DNA of 64,000 nucleotides from Octopus sinensis (Eukaryota): the NCBI RefSeq assembly GCF_006345805.1, contig NC_043001.1, positions 42,408,001-42,472,000 of the forward strand, in the 5' to 3' direction. Both the position numbers and the translations under genes were made by a program. Below the pieces are notes generated by a model. It did no database searches and was not told the origin of the DNA. It saw only the letters and a list, made by a program, of their open reading frames with translations. The first letter of the stretch is position 1. The number at the start of each line of letters is the position of its first letter. Shown piece by piece: positions 63,401-64,000 of the stretch.

Positions 63401-63550
63401 ATACAAGCAACAGCTTTTTTCAGTTTCTAAGTATAGTAGAAAGCACCTGCTTGAGGTGACATGCAGTGGGACTGATCTACAGAGCTATGTCTGCACTTAT
63501 ATATGTATGTAGCGGAAACTATCAACTACTTACATATGCATGTATGTATA

Positions 63551-63604
<54 letters not shown>

Positions 63605-63884
63605 GGCAAAATGCGAGCATGGAAAGTAATATTCTTAAGATTATAAATCTGGAAAAGTACAGGACAAGTATCTCTTTCTCTCTTTCTTTTTTATATATAT
63701 ATATATATATATAATAAAATAAAAAATAAAACTAGCATTCATAAAATTATACAAATTTCACATTTGATATTACTGAAGAGAAAAAGAGTTATTTATAAAT
63801 GCTTATCAATACAGGATTCCATTATTCCATATTATCTAAGTACATGAACTATATTTGGAATACAAGACAATATAACAGATTTTA

Positions 63885-64000
63885 CGGTGGCACATAAAAA
63901 CACCATCCGAGCGTGGCCGTCTGCCAGCCTCGTCTGGCACCTGTGTCGGTGGCACATAAAAAACACCATCCGAGCGTGGCCGTTTGCCAGCCTCGTCTGG
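63885..64000 (+). repeat. 62-63-bp GC/CpG-rich tandem repeat, runs off the window
   Basis: Units start at 63885 and 63947 (CGGTGGCACATAAAAACACCATCCGAGCGTGGCCGT...); related to the decayed RTE-tail repeats at 17776-17880. Confidence 0.85.

Overview
AT-rich, repeat-dense animal DNA. The SINE/RTE repeat landscape looks like a coleoid cephalopod, probably Octopus; this is inference from pattern recognition only. The only host gene I can support is the 5' part of glycogen synthase kinase-3 beta (GSK3B/shaggy) on the + strand. Coding exon 1 is 7120-7213 (MSGRPRTTSFAE..., Ser9 motif), followed by a 49.9 kb phase-1 intron and exon 2 at 57110-57300 (Gly-rich loop GNGSFG and VAIK lysine). Exon 3 is not in the window. 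The introns are filled with decayed RTE, CR1-like and R4/Dong-like LINEs, mariner/maT/hAT/piggyBac remnants, MITEs, tRNA-derived SINEs and microsatellites. Two observations stand out. (1) Two unrelated fold-back insertions in intron 1 (18110-19085 and 41504-41735) each carry a minimal type-I hammerhead ribozyme with a palindromic stem III in both arms, the hallmark of Penelope-like pseudo-LTRs; a third, decayed candidate lies near 31.7 kb. Hammerheads in Penelope-like elements are a known class; the fold-back geometry inside this gene is what merits a second look. (2) A frame-preserving 27-nt candidate micro-exon (40348-40374) in a CpG-retaining patch would add 9 aa to the GSK3 N-terminus. Boundaries of decayed repeats are approximate; everything was read by eye.
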